Assembly: GCA_034669905.1 (NCBI GenBank)
Contig: JAXMOL010000024.1
Location: 1 to 64,000 of the forward strand
Source: Candidatus Hydrogenedentota bacterium
GTDB taxonomy: Bacteria; Hydrogenedentota; Hydrogenedentia; Hydrogenedentales; JAEUWI01
Direction of reading: 5' to 3'
Length of the DNA: 64,000 nucleotides
Of the stretch, positions 38,932 to 54,816 are shown in pieces; within the stretch, counting starts at the first letter, position 1; each line of letters starts with the position of its first letter. The notes beneath the pieces were generated by a model. That model did not search any database, had not been told where the DNA came from, and saw nothing but the letters and a program-made list of their open reading frames with translations. The translations under genes were made by a program, and so were the position numbers.

Positions 38932-39828
38932 CTATTCCGCCGACAGGGCTTCGTCAAACCAATCCGCCATGACGGCCACCTCTTCGTGAATTGTCGGCCA
39001 CGGGTGCCCCCCACCGGCCTTCACAATAAGCGTCGCTGCGTGACCAGCGTCTTTGAGGGCCTTCACCATAATCTCAGACTGCTCCAACTTGACCCGCTCA
39101 TCCGCATCGCCATGGATGAACAAGAAGGGCGGTGTCTTGTCGTTGATTTGATGGGTCGGCGACAGCTCCTTGGCACGCGCCGCAATTTCTTCGGGCGTTT
39201 TACCATCAAAGCCATCGTAAAAAAAGAAGGGGGCCAATCGACGCAAGGGCCCCTGACTCCAATCGACCAGGGTAAAATCTGTGGGCGGAAAAAACACGGC
39301 CGCCGCGGCCACGGTGGTGTCAAAGGCCCCATAAGGTCCCTTGTTGGTCGGCCCCTCCGCCGTCACCGCCGCATAGGTTGCCAGATACCCGCCCGCCGAC
39401 GCACCGGTAATACCCAGCCGCTCCGGGTCGATGCCGTATTCCTCCGCATGGCCCTTCACCCAGCGGATCCCCATTTTTACATGAGCGTTCATCTCTTGCC
39501 CGGTGTATTTCGTGATGGAACCGGGACGCACCGCAAAAACCGTATAACCCTTTCCACAATAGATGTTGTACATCTGGGCATCTTTGTGGTCATTGATCTT
39601 GCCGCGGTCGGAATAGAAGGCCCCGCTCGCCACATCCACAATCGCGAGGCCATGGCCCGGCAGCGCTTCGTCCTTCTCTTTGGGCACAAAGACATCCAGC
39701 AGCAGACCCGTGCCGTGCACCTCTGTAAAAACAATATTCTCGTGCTGGGTGTAGGGCACTTCGGCCGGGGTGGACACCAGCAAAACCGCAGTGAACAACA
39801 GCGTCAAGGCAACACGTATCGCTATCAT
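38932..39828 (-). CDS. Secreted alpha/beta hydrolase (esterase)
   Basis: RBS AAAGGAG; signal peptide; GASAGG; HGDAD; GGHPW. Confidence 0.87.
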   Translation of the reverse strand: MIAIRVALTLLFTAVLLVSTPAEVPYTQHENIVFTEVHGTGLLLDVFVPKEKDEALPGHGLAIVDVASGAFYSDRGKINDHKDAQMYNIYCGKGYTVFAVRPGSITKYTGQEMNAHVKMGIRWVKGHAEEYGIDPERLGITGASAGGYLATYAAVTAEGPTNKGPYGAFDTTVAAAAVFFPPTDFTLVDWSQGPLRRLAPFFFYDGFDGKTPEEIAARAKELSPTHQINDKTPPFLFIHGDADERVKLEQSEIMVKALKDAGHAATLIVKAGGGHPWPTIHEEVAVMADWFDEALSAE

Positions 39829-39953
39829 AGCTTCTCCTTTAGGGGTCGAAAACCTGACGTCCAGCATACCACGAACTCAAGTTCGCCACCGCCAAAAAAA
39901 TTGGCCCCGAACCCAAAGAACCGGAATTCGAGGCCAATTGTTACGCTTTCGTG

Positions 39954-46571
<6,618 letters not shown>

Positions 46572-46957
46572 GATACCCCCTCCCGGAGACTGCCGTAATT
46601 CAGTTTTCCCAAGAAACTTTACCGTGTGATTGTAGCAATATGTGACGCGGAAGACCAGCAAAAACATCAAACTGTAAACTATTGACAGTAGAACAGTTAC
46701 AACGCTTGCCAAACCCCGGGCCAATGGGCTATATTCGTTGCGTACTTGGGCACAGAGCAAGGCGCTCTATCAACCGGGGGAGCCACTGCTGTGGACACGC
46801 AAAGAGCAAGCGACCATATGGGACGGTCTGGCATACCGTCTCATCACGGCGTGGTCCAAACGCAGGGATCACGATGGGCGTTTCAATATGTCGTAATCCC
46901 CCGCAAGAGGGCCATACAGGCCACCACCCACTACCGTTCCGAGGGAGTTTAACCATC

Positions 46958-49675
46958 ATGAACCGATTGAAACGCGTATTGGGTCCCTGGGGAATTTGTC
47001 TCGCGGTATTGCTTGTCGCCGGAAGCGCTCTGGGCCTCGCGCGCTCCATCTGGGAATTTAACCCCTTCGCCCTGCGGAACGGAGCCACCCAGGCCTCCTG
47101 CCAGAACAACCTGAAGCAGGCCGGCCTGGCGATTCATATGTACTTCAACGAGTCACGGGGGGGCGACTATCCGCTTTTGAGTGATGAAGCCAACAACATT
47201 TTTTTCCATTGGCAGGAACTCTACCCCCAGTTTATCAACGACCGCGATGTGTTCGTATGTCCGGGTCCGGCAGGCGATGCCCCCGCCAACACGTTTACCG
47301 ATAAGTACTATGTCTATACAGGCTATTTCCTCCGCAATCAGGAGGACTTGGATGCCTTTGCAAGCGCCTATACGGCAGAGGTTGCAGGCGATGCCGATTT
47401 CACAGAAAACCTGCCCGGCCCCTCGAGCTACGGTGAGGAAGTCTACCGCCTTAAGGATGGTATCGAGCGTTTTTTCATTACCGATATTAACGATCCCAGC
47501 GGATATTACAAAATCCGCTCCGAGACGCCCGTAATGTGGGAGTGGCCCGACAACCACGACGCCGGTCATGGTGCCAATGTTCTGTATCTGGACGGCCACG
47601 TGGAATGGGTAAACTACGGAGAGAAGTTTCCGGTAACCGAAGAAGCAACGGCCACCCTTGCGGCACTGGCCCTCTACACGCCGCCGACGGATTGGGGAGA
47701 AAACGGTGAATACGTTTCGGACTATGCAACCATCAGCCCTTTCCCCAGCAAGTGCATCAACAACATGAAGCAGATTGGCCTGGTAAATGCCATGTTCTCC
47801 AACGAGTCGGCAGGCGAAGCATTCCCGCCACTCAGCAGCGAAGGCGGCCGGCTTATGTGTGACGCAGAATCGGTCCACCCCGAGTACATCAATGATCCGA
47901 TCGTGTATAACTGTCCGGGACGTGTCGCGTCTGAACCCACCGCGCATTTTGACGACAAGGACTACGTCTACCTGGGCTATCTCATGATGACGGACGGCGA
48001 CGTCCAGCAATTCGCCACTGCGTACAACCAGACCATCGGCGCAGGCGGCGATTTCACCGGTGATTTAACTATCAGCACCAGCTATGGCCCGACCATGTAT
48101 CGCATACGCGATGGGGTTGAGGAATTCGTCGAAATAGAAATCACCGAGCCGACGCAAGATCAGATAACGACCAGTGACATCCCTGTACTGCTGGAGTGGC
48201 CGGAGAATCACGAGGGGAATAGCGGTGGTCATGTCCTCTTCATGAGTGGTCGCGTCGAGTGGATGCCCTATCCCGGTGAATTCCCCATGACCGAAACGAC
48301 CATCACCACCCTGCGGGCCTTGGCGCAGAACACGCCCGCTACGACTTGGGCCGTGGAGCCTCCCCGTCCGGAACCCTACCTCTACATTGGGGAATGCAAC
48401 AATATCTTGCGTCAATGGGGCCTTGTCGACCGCATGTATTCCAACGAATCCCAGGGACAGTTTTGGCCGCCCCTCTCCCTCACCCCCGGAGAACTGGCTC
48501 CCAGAGATGCTGAAGTCTATCCCGAATATGTAGCGGATCGATACTTGGGAGCCTGTCCAGGAGCCGAAGACGAAGGGGAGGTGGAACATTTCGATGACCG
48601 CCATTACGTATATCTCGGCTACGCCATGTTGAACGACAGTGACATGCAGCAATTCGCCACCGCCTATAGCGCCGAAATCGCAGCGGGCGGGGATTTTTCT
48701 GAGGACCTTGTCATTTCGAGCAGCTACGGCGATTCGCTGCTCCGCCTGAAAGAAAACGTCGAAAGTTCCATCGTCATAGACAATGGCAACCCCATTTACC
48801 TGACAGCGGCCCGTCGGGACATCCCCGTCATGATTGAATGGCCCGGCAATCACGAAGGCCAGACCGGCGGCAATGTGCTCTACCTCGATGGCCATGTGGA
48901 GTGGCACGACTATCCGGGCGAATTCCCCATGACCGAGGCGACCATCACTGCATTGGATAGTATTGCCGACTGGACACCAACAACGGCCTGGACCGTGCCG
49001 CGTTTCCCCGGACCCCATGATGAATATGACCACGCGCTGTGCGCAGGCAACGAAAAGCAATTCGGTTATTCGTTCAAGATTTACGCCAACGGCGCAGAGG
49101 GAGAATTCTATCCACCGCTCTCGACCACGGCTGGAAACCTGATGACAGAGGATGCCCGATTCCTGCGCTATTATCTGCGCGACACACGCCGTATGAATTG
49201 CCCTGGCTCGCCGAATGCCTATCGCCAACCCACGGTCGCCGACCACAGTTACGCCTATTTGGGCTACCTCGTTTACAATCAGGAGACGCTGGAGCAGTTT
49301 GCGACTGCCTACCAGCAACAAGCGGCCGGGGGCGGTGACTTTACGGAAGATCTCGTGCTGGGCGAAGAGACCATTCCCCGACTCCGGGAAGGTATCGAGC
49401 GTTTTCTAATCACCGACATTCACGACCCGGGGCTCTCCTTCCCCTCCCAACGTAACATTCCGGTGCTCGTGGAATGGCCAGACAACCACGGCCAGATACG
49501 CGGTGGTAACGTGCTCTATATGGACGGGCGTGTGGAATGGCTCGATTACCCCAGCACCTTCCCCATGACCGAGGAAGCGATGGATATCCTGACTGCGCTC
49601 GCGGGAAGAGGCCCTATCCGGCCTGCAGCCCCGCCCCGGGAAAGCACGCGCCTGGAAGCCCTCTCCGGCGGCTGA
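46958..49675 (+). CDS. Secreted protein made of four tandem DUF1559/H-X9-DG-like units
   Basis: RBS GAGGGAG, ATG 46958; Sec-like signal. Units begin at Cys codons 47099, 47753, 48395 and 49040. Each has CxxN..Q.G...YxN, CPG, YxYxGY, WPxNH, GxxVLY/FxD/SGxVEW and FPxTE. Confidence 0.9.
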   Translation: MNRLKRVLGPWGICLAVLLVAGSALGLARSIWEFNPFALRNGATQASCQNNLKQAGLAIHMYFNESRGGDYPLLSDEANNIFFHWQELYPQFINDRDVFVCPGPAGDAPANTFTDKYYVYTGYFLRNQEDLDAFASAYTAEVAGDADFTENLPGPSSYGEEVYRLKDGIERFFITDINDPSGYYKIRSETPVMWEWPDNHDAGHGANVLYLDGHVEWVNYGEKFPVTEEATATLAALALYTPPTDWGENGEYVSDYATISPFPSKCINNMKQIGLVNAMFSNESAGEAFPPLSSEGGRLMCDAESVHPEYINDPIVYNCPGRVASEPTAHFDDKDYVYLGYLMMTDGDVQQFATAYNQTIGAGGDFTGDLTISTSYGPTMYRIRDGVEEFVEIEITEPTQDQITTSDIPVLLEWPENHEGNSGGHVLFMSGRVEWMPYPGEFPMTETTITTLRALAQNTPATTWAVEPPRPEPYLYIGECNNILRQWGLVDRMYSNESQGQFWPPLSLTPGELAPRDAEVYPEYVADRYLGACPGAEDEGEVEHFDDRHYVYLGYAMLNDSDMQQFATAYSAEIAAGGDFSEDLVISSSYGDSLLRLKENVESSIVIDNGNPIYLTAARRDIPVMIEWPGNHEGQTGGNVLYLDGHVEWHDYPGEFPMTEATITALDSIADWTPTTAWTVPRFPGPHDEYDHALCAGNEKQFGYSFKIYANGAEGEFYPPLSTTAGNLMTEDARFLRYYLRDTRRMNCPGSPNAYRQPTVADHSYAYLGYLVYNQETLEQFATAYQQQAAGGGDFTEDLVLGEETIPRLREGIERFLITDIHDPGLSFPSQRNIPVLVEWPDNHGQIRGGNVLYMDGRVEWLDYPSTFPMTEEAMDILTALAGRGPIRPAAPPRESTRLEALSGG

Positions 49676-49737
49676 GTCCGCCTGACCAGGCCCGTAGCGG
49701 GCCAGCGTCCGCCGTGTTTTGATTCGGGAGTGAGCCC

Positions 49738-50616
49738 TTGTTAGAACTACCCTACGCCCTGTCCGCCTTGTGCGCCCTCACGGCCGCATTCCTGGGCTGG
49801 CGCTATGGCCACACCCTCTACCAGCGGGGCGTGCGGCTCACCGGGCAGATTCGTGTCCGGGATTGTCCCCTTATCCCGGTCGTATTGGGCCTCTTTCTGG
49901 TCGCCCACATCCTGACGTCCACCGTCACGGGAAACCCCGTCGTCGGATGGGCCCTTCCCCTCTGGCTGGAATACTACCTCACCGTCCTCTTGTGGGCCAT
50001 GAAGGTGGCCTTCGCCGCTTTTCCACTCGGCGCTATCGGCACGGTCAGCTATCTCGAAAAACATCGCTTTCGCTATCCCCTGTTGCTGTTCTGCGGGGTC
50101 GTCGTCCTCAGCATCGATACCCTGATCCGGCTCTCTGTGCAGCCCTATCTGGAAGACATTACCCATCGGACCAAGAACGGGGTCATCCTCCAGTCCACGC
50201 CCTCCACCTGTGCCGCCGCGTCGGCGGCCAATATAGCCCGCCACTTCGGCATCGATGTGGATGAAGCCCACATGGTCAAGCTCCTCGGCACCACGTGGGC
50301 CGGCACCAGCCCCGCACAACTGGTCTATGGCTTCGAAGCATTGGGCCTGACGGCGACCAAGGCCTATTCCCAATCGCGGGATATCCGCGAGATCCAGCCT
50401 CCCGCCATCCTCTTCGTCCCGGTGGGCGAGGAACCCGATGCCCATGCTGTCGCCTACATGGGGCCACGGCCGGGAGGCTTTGCCATCTGGGACCCCAGCA
50501 GTGGACCCCAGCTGAAATCCAGGGAACAAATCCAGAGCCATTGGGGTGGGCGGGCCATCGAAGTGCAGACCGATTCATCGGGCCGTGTTGAGCAGGATCC
50601 ACGTCGGGTGATATGA
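49738..50616 (+). CDS. Membrane protein with a C-terminal C39-like cysteine peptidase domain
   Basis: About 4 TM helices, then LQSTPSTCAAAS (Q, Cys), GTS, AHAVAY (His), IWDP (Asp), WGGRAI. Confidence 0.8.
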   Translation: MLELPYALSALCALTAAFLGWRYGHTLYQRGVRLTGQIRVRDCPLIPVVLGLFLVAHILTSTVTGNPVVGWALPLWLEYYLTVLLWAMKVAFAAFPLGAIGTVSYLEKHRFRYPLLLFCGVVVLSIDTLIRLSVQPYLEDITHRTKNGVILQSTPSTCAAASAANIARHFGIDVDEAHMVKLLGTTWAGTSPAQLVYGFEALGLTATKAYSQSRDIREIQPPAILFVPVGEEPDAHAVAYMGPRPGGFAIWDPSSGPQLKSREQIQSHWGGRAIEVQTDSSGRVEQDPRRVI

Positions 50617-50760
50617 TCCCCTCTTGCGTGCGCTTCGGGTTGAGCAATCCGTGGGAACAACCGTTATAAAAGGCGGTCTGCGCGCACGACGGGCCCTGTG
50701 GGAGCGTTCCGATAATCGGGCCCTCGCCCCATCCCCAGTATTTGGACAAGGAATCATCGT

Positions 50761-52011
50761 TTGAAAACCCTCACCGTCAAAGTCCGCGAAGACCATCTCG
50801 AGACGATTGCCAAGACGAAACCCATGACGGCAATCGCCGAGCTCATCTGGAATGCGCTGGACGCCGAAGCCACGGAAGTGAAAGTGGTCTTCGACCAGAA
50901 CGAGCTGGATGGTCTGGAGGGAATTCATATCATCGACAACGGCACCGGACTACACTACGACGATGGCCTCATGGTCTTTGAGAGTCTGGGCGGCTCCTGG
51001 AAGCGTCCCAACGGTCGTACCCACGCACTCCGACGGGAACTCCACGGAAAATACGGTAAGGGCCGCTTTCGGGCCTTCACCCTGGGCTCCCATGCCAGTT
51101 GGAACACGGTCTACGAAGAAGCCGGGGACCGCTACGCCTTTTCCATTTCCGGGACGGCAAGCACCCTGGGCCAGTTTTCTATCACCAATGCCAAAGGCGC
51201 GCAAGGCGCCCCCACGGGCATGACCGTTTCCATCCTCAACCCGCCACTGAATTGCGGGGTGCTGCTCGGCGTCAAGGCACTGCAGGAAATCACCGATATC
51301 TTCGCCCTCTATCTCCGCCAATACCCCGGCGTGCGGCTAATCTACAACGATACGGTCATCGATCCCGCCAATGCGGAACAGGGCTTCAGTCGCTATCCCC
51401 TGGAAGAAATGGTGATGGAGAATGGCGAACGTGTCACGGCAGAATTGGAGGTTGTCGAATGGAACCTCCCCGGCAAGCGGGGCGTCTATCTCTGTGACGA
51501 GCACGGGTTCATGCGCCACAACGCCCTGCCGCGCCTTCATTTTCGCGGATTCAGCTACACGGCCTACCTGAAGTCTTCCCATATTACGGTGCTTGACCGG
51601 GAAGGGCTCCTCCAGGCGGGCGAGCTCTGCTCCGATGTACGCCAACTTCTGGATCGGGTACGGGCCAAATTGCGGGAACATTTCACACTGCAGGAAGCCA
51701 AGCGCGCGCTGGACACGCTGGAGCAATGGCAGGCGGACGAAATATATCCCTACCACGGCAGCAGCCGGGATGACGCGGAGTCGAACGAGCGACGCATCTT
51801 CGACATTTACGCGACCCACCTCCACCAGATTTTCCCGGAGTTCTCGAGCGCCAGCCTGCGCAGTAAGCGGCTGACCCTGTCGCTGCTAAAGGAACTCGTG
51901 GCCTCCGAGCCCACACGGGTAGCCCGTGTCTTAGACCAGGTGGTCGAATTCCCGGAAGAGAAGGAAGAGGCCGTCCTGGAACTCATGCACGGACAGGCCG
52001 GTCCCCACTAA
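50761..52011 (+). CDS. GHKL (HATPase_c_3, MORC/MutL-like) ATPase
   Basis: AELIWNALDA (N-box), IDNGTG (G1), GKYGKGRF (G2), TGMTV (G3). Confidence 0.85.
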   Translation: MKTLTVKVREDHLETIAKTKPMTAIAELIWNALDAEATEVKVVFDQNELDGLEGIHIIDNGTGLHYDDGLMVFESLGGSWKRPNGRTHALRRELHGKYGKGRFRAFTLGSHASWNTVYEEAGDRYAFSISGTASTLGQFSITNAKGAQGAPTGMTVSILNPPLNCGVLLGVKALQEITDIFALYLRQYPGVRLIYNDTVIDPANAEQGFSRYPLEEMVMENGERVTAELEVVEWNLPGKRGVYLCDEHGFMRHNALPRLHFRGFSYTAYLKSSHITVLDREGLLQAGELCSDVRQLLDRVRAKLREHFTLQEAKRALDTLEQWQADEIYPYHGSSRDDAESNERRIFDIYATHLHQIFPEFSSASLRSKRLTLSLLKELVASEPTRVARVLDQVVEFPEEKEEAVLELMHGQAGPH

Positions 52012-52036
52012 ATTGCCCGCGCAATTTGCGCCGCCT

Positions 52037-53284
52037 TCAGGACGGTGAAAAGGTGAGCACGGGGTCGGCGTTGGGCGTATGGGTAAGGGGTTCCAACGCA
52101 GCCTGGAGACACTCCGGCACCCCAAGGACAGACTGGCGGGCCCAGATTTCCGAGGCCTGCGGGTGGGCGCCCACCTGGGCCTTGGCTTTCAACGCCGTGC
52201 GGCCAAAGTCGATGCGTCGACACCCCATATTCAGGGCGTCCTCTATCACGGCATGGAGCAACGCAGGTAATACGGGCAGGCCAACACACCGCTCCCGATC
52301 CCAACCGAGACAGAAACACACTGCCGTATCCCGATCACGCACGGTGAATACGAAGGCATCCAACTGTCCGTCTGAGAACAAGCCGCTGCATCGGAACCCC
52401 CCATCGCCCAATTCGGCACCCAAGGCAGGCAGGAATGCTTCCGGAAGGGGGGCAAATGCCCGCCGGTTCTTCTGTTGAATGGCCTGGTAGAGGGTGTGCA
52501 TCCGATTGGCGTGCGGGGCAATTTCGCGTATCCGCTGGACTTGAATCTGGGCACGGCTCAAGTCCCGCGCCACACGATAGGCCCCCATCCGATGACGCAC
52601 GTTCAGGTTTTCCAGGTAATCTTTATACGTTTTCCAACGGTCCGGCATGGAAAGCACCATCGTGGCGTTGGCGTCTACCCGCTGATAGTGACAGGAACGG
52701 AGTGCGCGGGTATCGAAGGCCAGGGTCGACTGCACATCTTTGATGAGCACACTATCGAAATCAGCGACCATGCCTTCCTGATGAAATACCCGCTCCAGAA
52801 ATCCAGTGATGGCCGGCCACAGCAGCCCCATGTCCGCATCGGGATGAACGGCGGCCCCGTGGAATCCGCCGGCGAAAAAGTCGCCACACAGCAGGATTCG
52901 CTGACGCTTACGGGACGTGGTGGGGACTCGGTAGAGCCACTCGGGGTCCGATGCAGGACCCGTGGCACCCGCCGACGACACCTCACCCGGGACTTCGGAG
53001 GGTACGCCCAGTAAATGGGCCACCACGGCCGCGATTACTTCTTTGCCGGAGTAGACCAGTCCATAGCGGGTTGACAGTGCCCGAGGGCCCTGTTCTTGTA
53101 AAATCCGCTGGTATGCGGGAGAGAGAAAAAGTGACTGGCCGGCCGTCAGGGCCTCCCAATCCTTTTCATTCAAGAATTCCAGCCGGTCGGCCACGGCGTA
53201 GGAATACGTTGCCCCACCCCTTCGAATCCCCTTTGCCAGCTTGCGAGACACCCCATTCCGTAGACTTCGTTGTCGGGTACGCAC
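52037..53284 (-). CDS. GNAT-superfamily protein (FemAB/BcsL-like acetyltransferase)
   Basis: WKTYKDYLENLNVRHR; LHAVIEDALNMGCRRIDFGRTALKAKAQVGA. Confidence 0.72.
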   Translation of the reverse strand: MRTRQRSLRNGVSRKLAKGIRRGGATYSYAVADRLEFLNEKDWEALTAGQSLFLSPAYQRILQEQGPRALSTRYGLVYSGKEVIAAVVAHLLGVPSEVPGEVSSAGATGPASDPEWLYRVPTTSRKRQRILLCGDFFAGGFHGAAVHPDADMGLLWPAITGFLERVFHQEGMVADFDSVLIKDVQSTLAFDTRALRSCHYQRVDANATMVLSMPDRWKTYKDYLENLNVRHRMGAYRVARDLSRAQIQVQRIREIAPHANRMHTLYQAIQQKNRRAFAPLPEAFLPALGAELGDGGFRCSGLFSDGQLDAFVFTVRDRDTAVCFCLGWDRERCVGLPVLPALLHAVIEDALNMGCRRIDFGRTALKAKAQVGAHPQASEIWARQSVLGVPECLQAALEPLTHTPNADPVLTFSPS

Positions 53285-53472
53285 TAACTCTGCCCTTTCC
53301 CATCGTCGTCACCCCGTTCGCGTGGGAGCTATCCCGTCCACGAACGTCACCGGATCGCCATGTGTTCCCAAGTGACACGCCGACCCAACCGATTTATGGG
53401 TAACAATCTTCCTCTCACCAACCTGCGCTGCCGTTTCATCATAGCCTAAGTGCCCCCACTTTGCAATGGTTT

Positions 53473-54726
53473 TCAGGGATTTTCGCAGCCCGCCCCTACC
53501 GACGCCTGGGGCAGCTCCTGCGCTTCCCGATCGCGCACGCCGATAAGATAGAGAATCCCATCCAGCCCCACCGTGGACAGGGCGTGTTGCGCATGCTTTT
53601 TCACCAAGGGCTTCGCACGGAAAGCGATCCCAAGCCCCGCAAGTCGTAGCATGGGCAAATCGTTGGCCCCATCGCCAACGGCTACCACCTGATTCAGGCT
53701 GATGTCCTCTTCCTCGGCGAGAAGGCGCAGGCACTCGGCTTTCTTGTCGCCATCGACAATATCACCGACAACGCCCCCGGTCAGTTTTCCATCGGCGATC
53801 TCGAGTTCATTGGCAAAGACATAGTCGACGCCGAGCTTCTTCTGCAGATAGTTTCCGAAGTAGGTGAATCCCCCCGAAATGATGGCCGTCTTATAGCCCA
53901 GTTGATTCAGGGTACGCAATAGACGCTCGGCCCCGTCCGTAAGGGGCAGTTTTTCGGCGATTCCCGCCATGACCGACACATCCAACCCCTTGAGCAGGGC
54001 CAGGCGCCGGCGAAGACTCTCCTGGAAATCCAGTTCGCCCCGCATTGCGGCTTCGGTAATGGCAGATACCTCTTCCCCCACCCCGGCTGCAATTGCCAAT
54101 TCATCAATCACCTCGGTCTGAATCAGCGTAGAATCCATATCGAAGGCCACGAGGCGACGGTGGCGGCGATACAAATCATCCGCCTGAAAGGCAATATCGA
54201 TGCCCGTTTCATGGGAGAGTTCGAGAAAACGGGTGCGCAATGCGTCGGCGTCCTCGGCGATACCCCGCACCGACATCTCCACACAGGCATAGGGGGCGCG
54301 GATTTCATCTTCCATAGGGATTCGCCCTGAAAGCCGATGGATAATATCGATATTCAGGCCGTGCATTGCCAGGAGTTCGGTTACCGCGGCAATGTGCTCT
54401 GCCTCAAGCCGCTCTCCAAGCAGGGTGATAATATGGCGCGCTTTCCCCTGTTGCCGCACCCAGTTTTCGTACTCATCCAACGGGACCGCTTCAAACTGTA
54501 TGTGCACATCCAATTCGTGGGCCTTGAACAGGAGATCTTTGAGAATGGGGGCCGAGTGGGCAGACTCGGGCACCCGCACCAACATGCCCAGGGACAACAT
54601 CTTATGAATAACTGCCTGCCCGATGTCGAGGATAGTGACATCGTATTGGGCCAGAACGCTGCTGAGGGAGTGGGTTACGCCGGGGCGGTCCTCGCCATTG
54701 ACGCTGATGAGGAAAATCTCGTGCAT
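53473..54726 (-). CDS. serB: Phosphoserine phosphatase with two ACT domains
   Basis: GEDRPGVT; HAD motif FDMDSTL; ITEAAMRGELDF; ISGGF; GDGANDLPM. Confidence 0.95.
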   Translation of the reverse strand: MHEIFLISVNGEDRPGVTHSLSSVLAQYDVTILDIGQAVIHKMLSLGMLVRVPESAHSAPILKDLLFKAHELDVHIQFEAVPLDEYENWVRQQGKARHIITLLGERLEAEHIAAVTELLAMHGLNIDIIHRLSGRIPMEDEIRAPYACVEMSVRGIAEDADALRTRFLELSHETGIDIAFQADDLYRRHRRLVAFDMDSTLIQTEVIDELAIAAGVGEEVSAITEAAMRGELDFQESLRRRLALLKGLDVSVMAGIAEKLPLTDGAERLLRTLNQLGYKTAIISGGFTYFGNYLQKKLGVDYVFANELEIADGKLTGGVVGDIVDGDKKAECLRLLAEEEDISLNQVVAVGDGANDLPMLRLAGLGIAFRAKPLVKKHAQHALSTVGLDGILYLIGVRDREAQELPQASVGAGCENP

Positions 54727-54816
54727 GGATACTTCCAGAATGGGAAAGGCTGAGGGTAGGATGGTTGCGGCCCGTATGCTACGTGGGATCCCCCCTGAAA
54801 TGCAAGATTTCGACGC

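Noticed and set aside
46625..46700. TGTGA pair and AACTGT...ACAGTT around a TTGACA in the divergent intergenic region
   Set aside because: Not a proper TGTGA-N6-TCACA site, the palindrome is loose and no convincing -10 is present; too weak to call.
46682..46957. 92 aa N-terminal extension of the 997 aa ORF (similar extensions on 9212, 30576, 46760 and 59453)
   Set aside because: Downstream ATGs with an RBS and a signal peptide or family start fit better.
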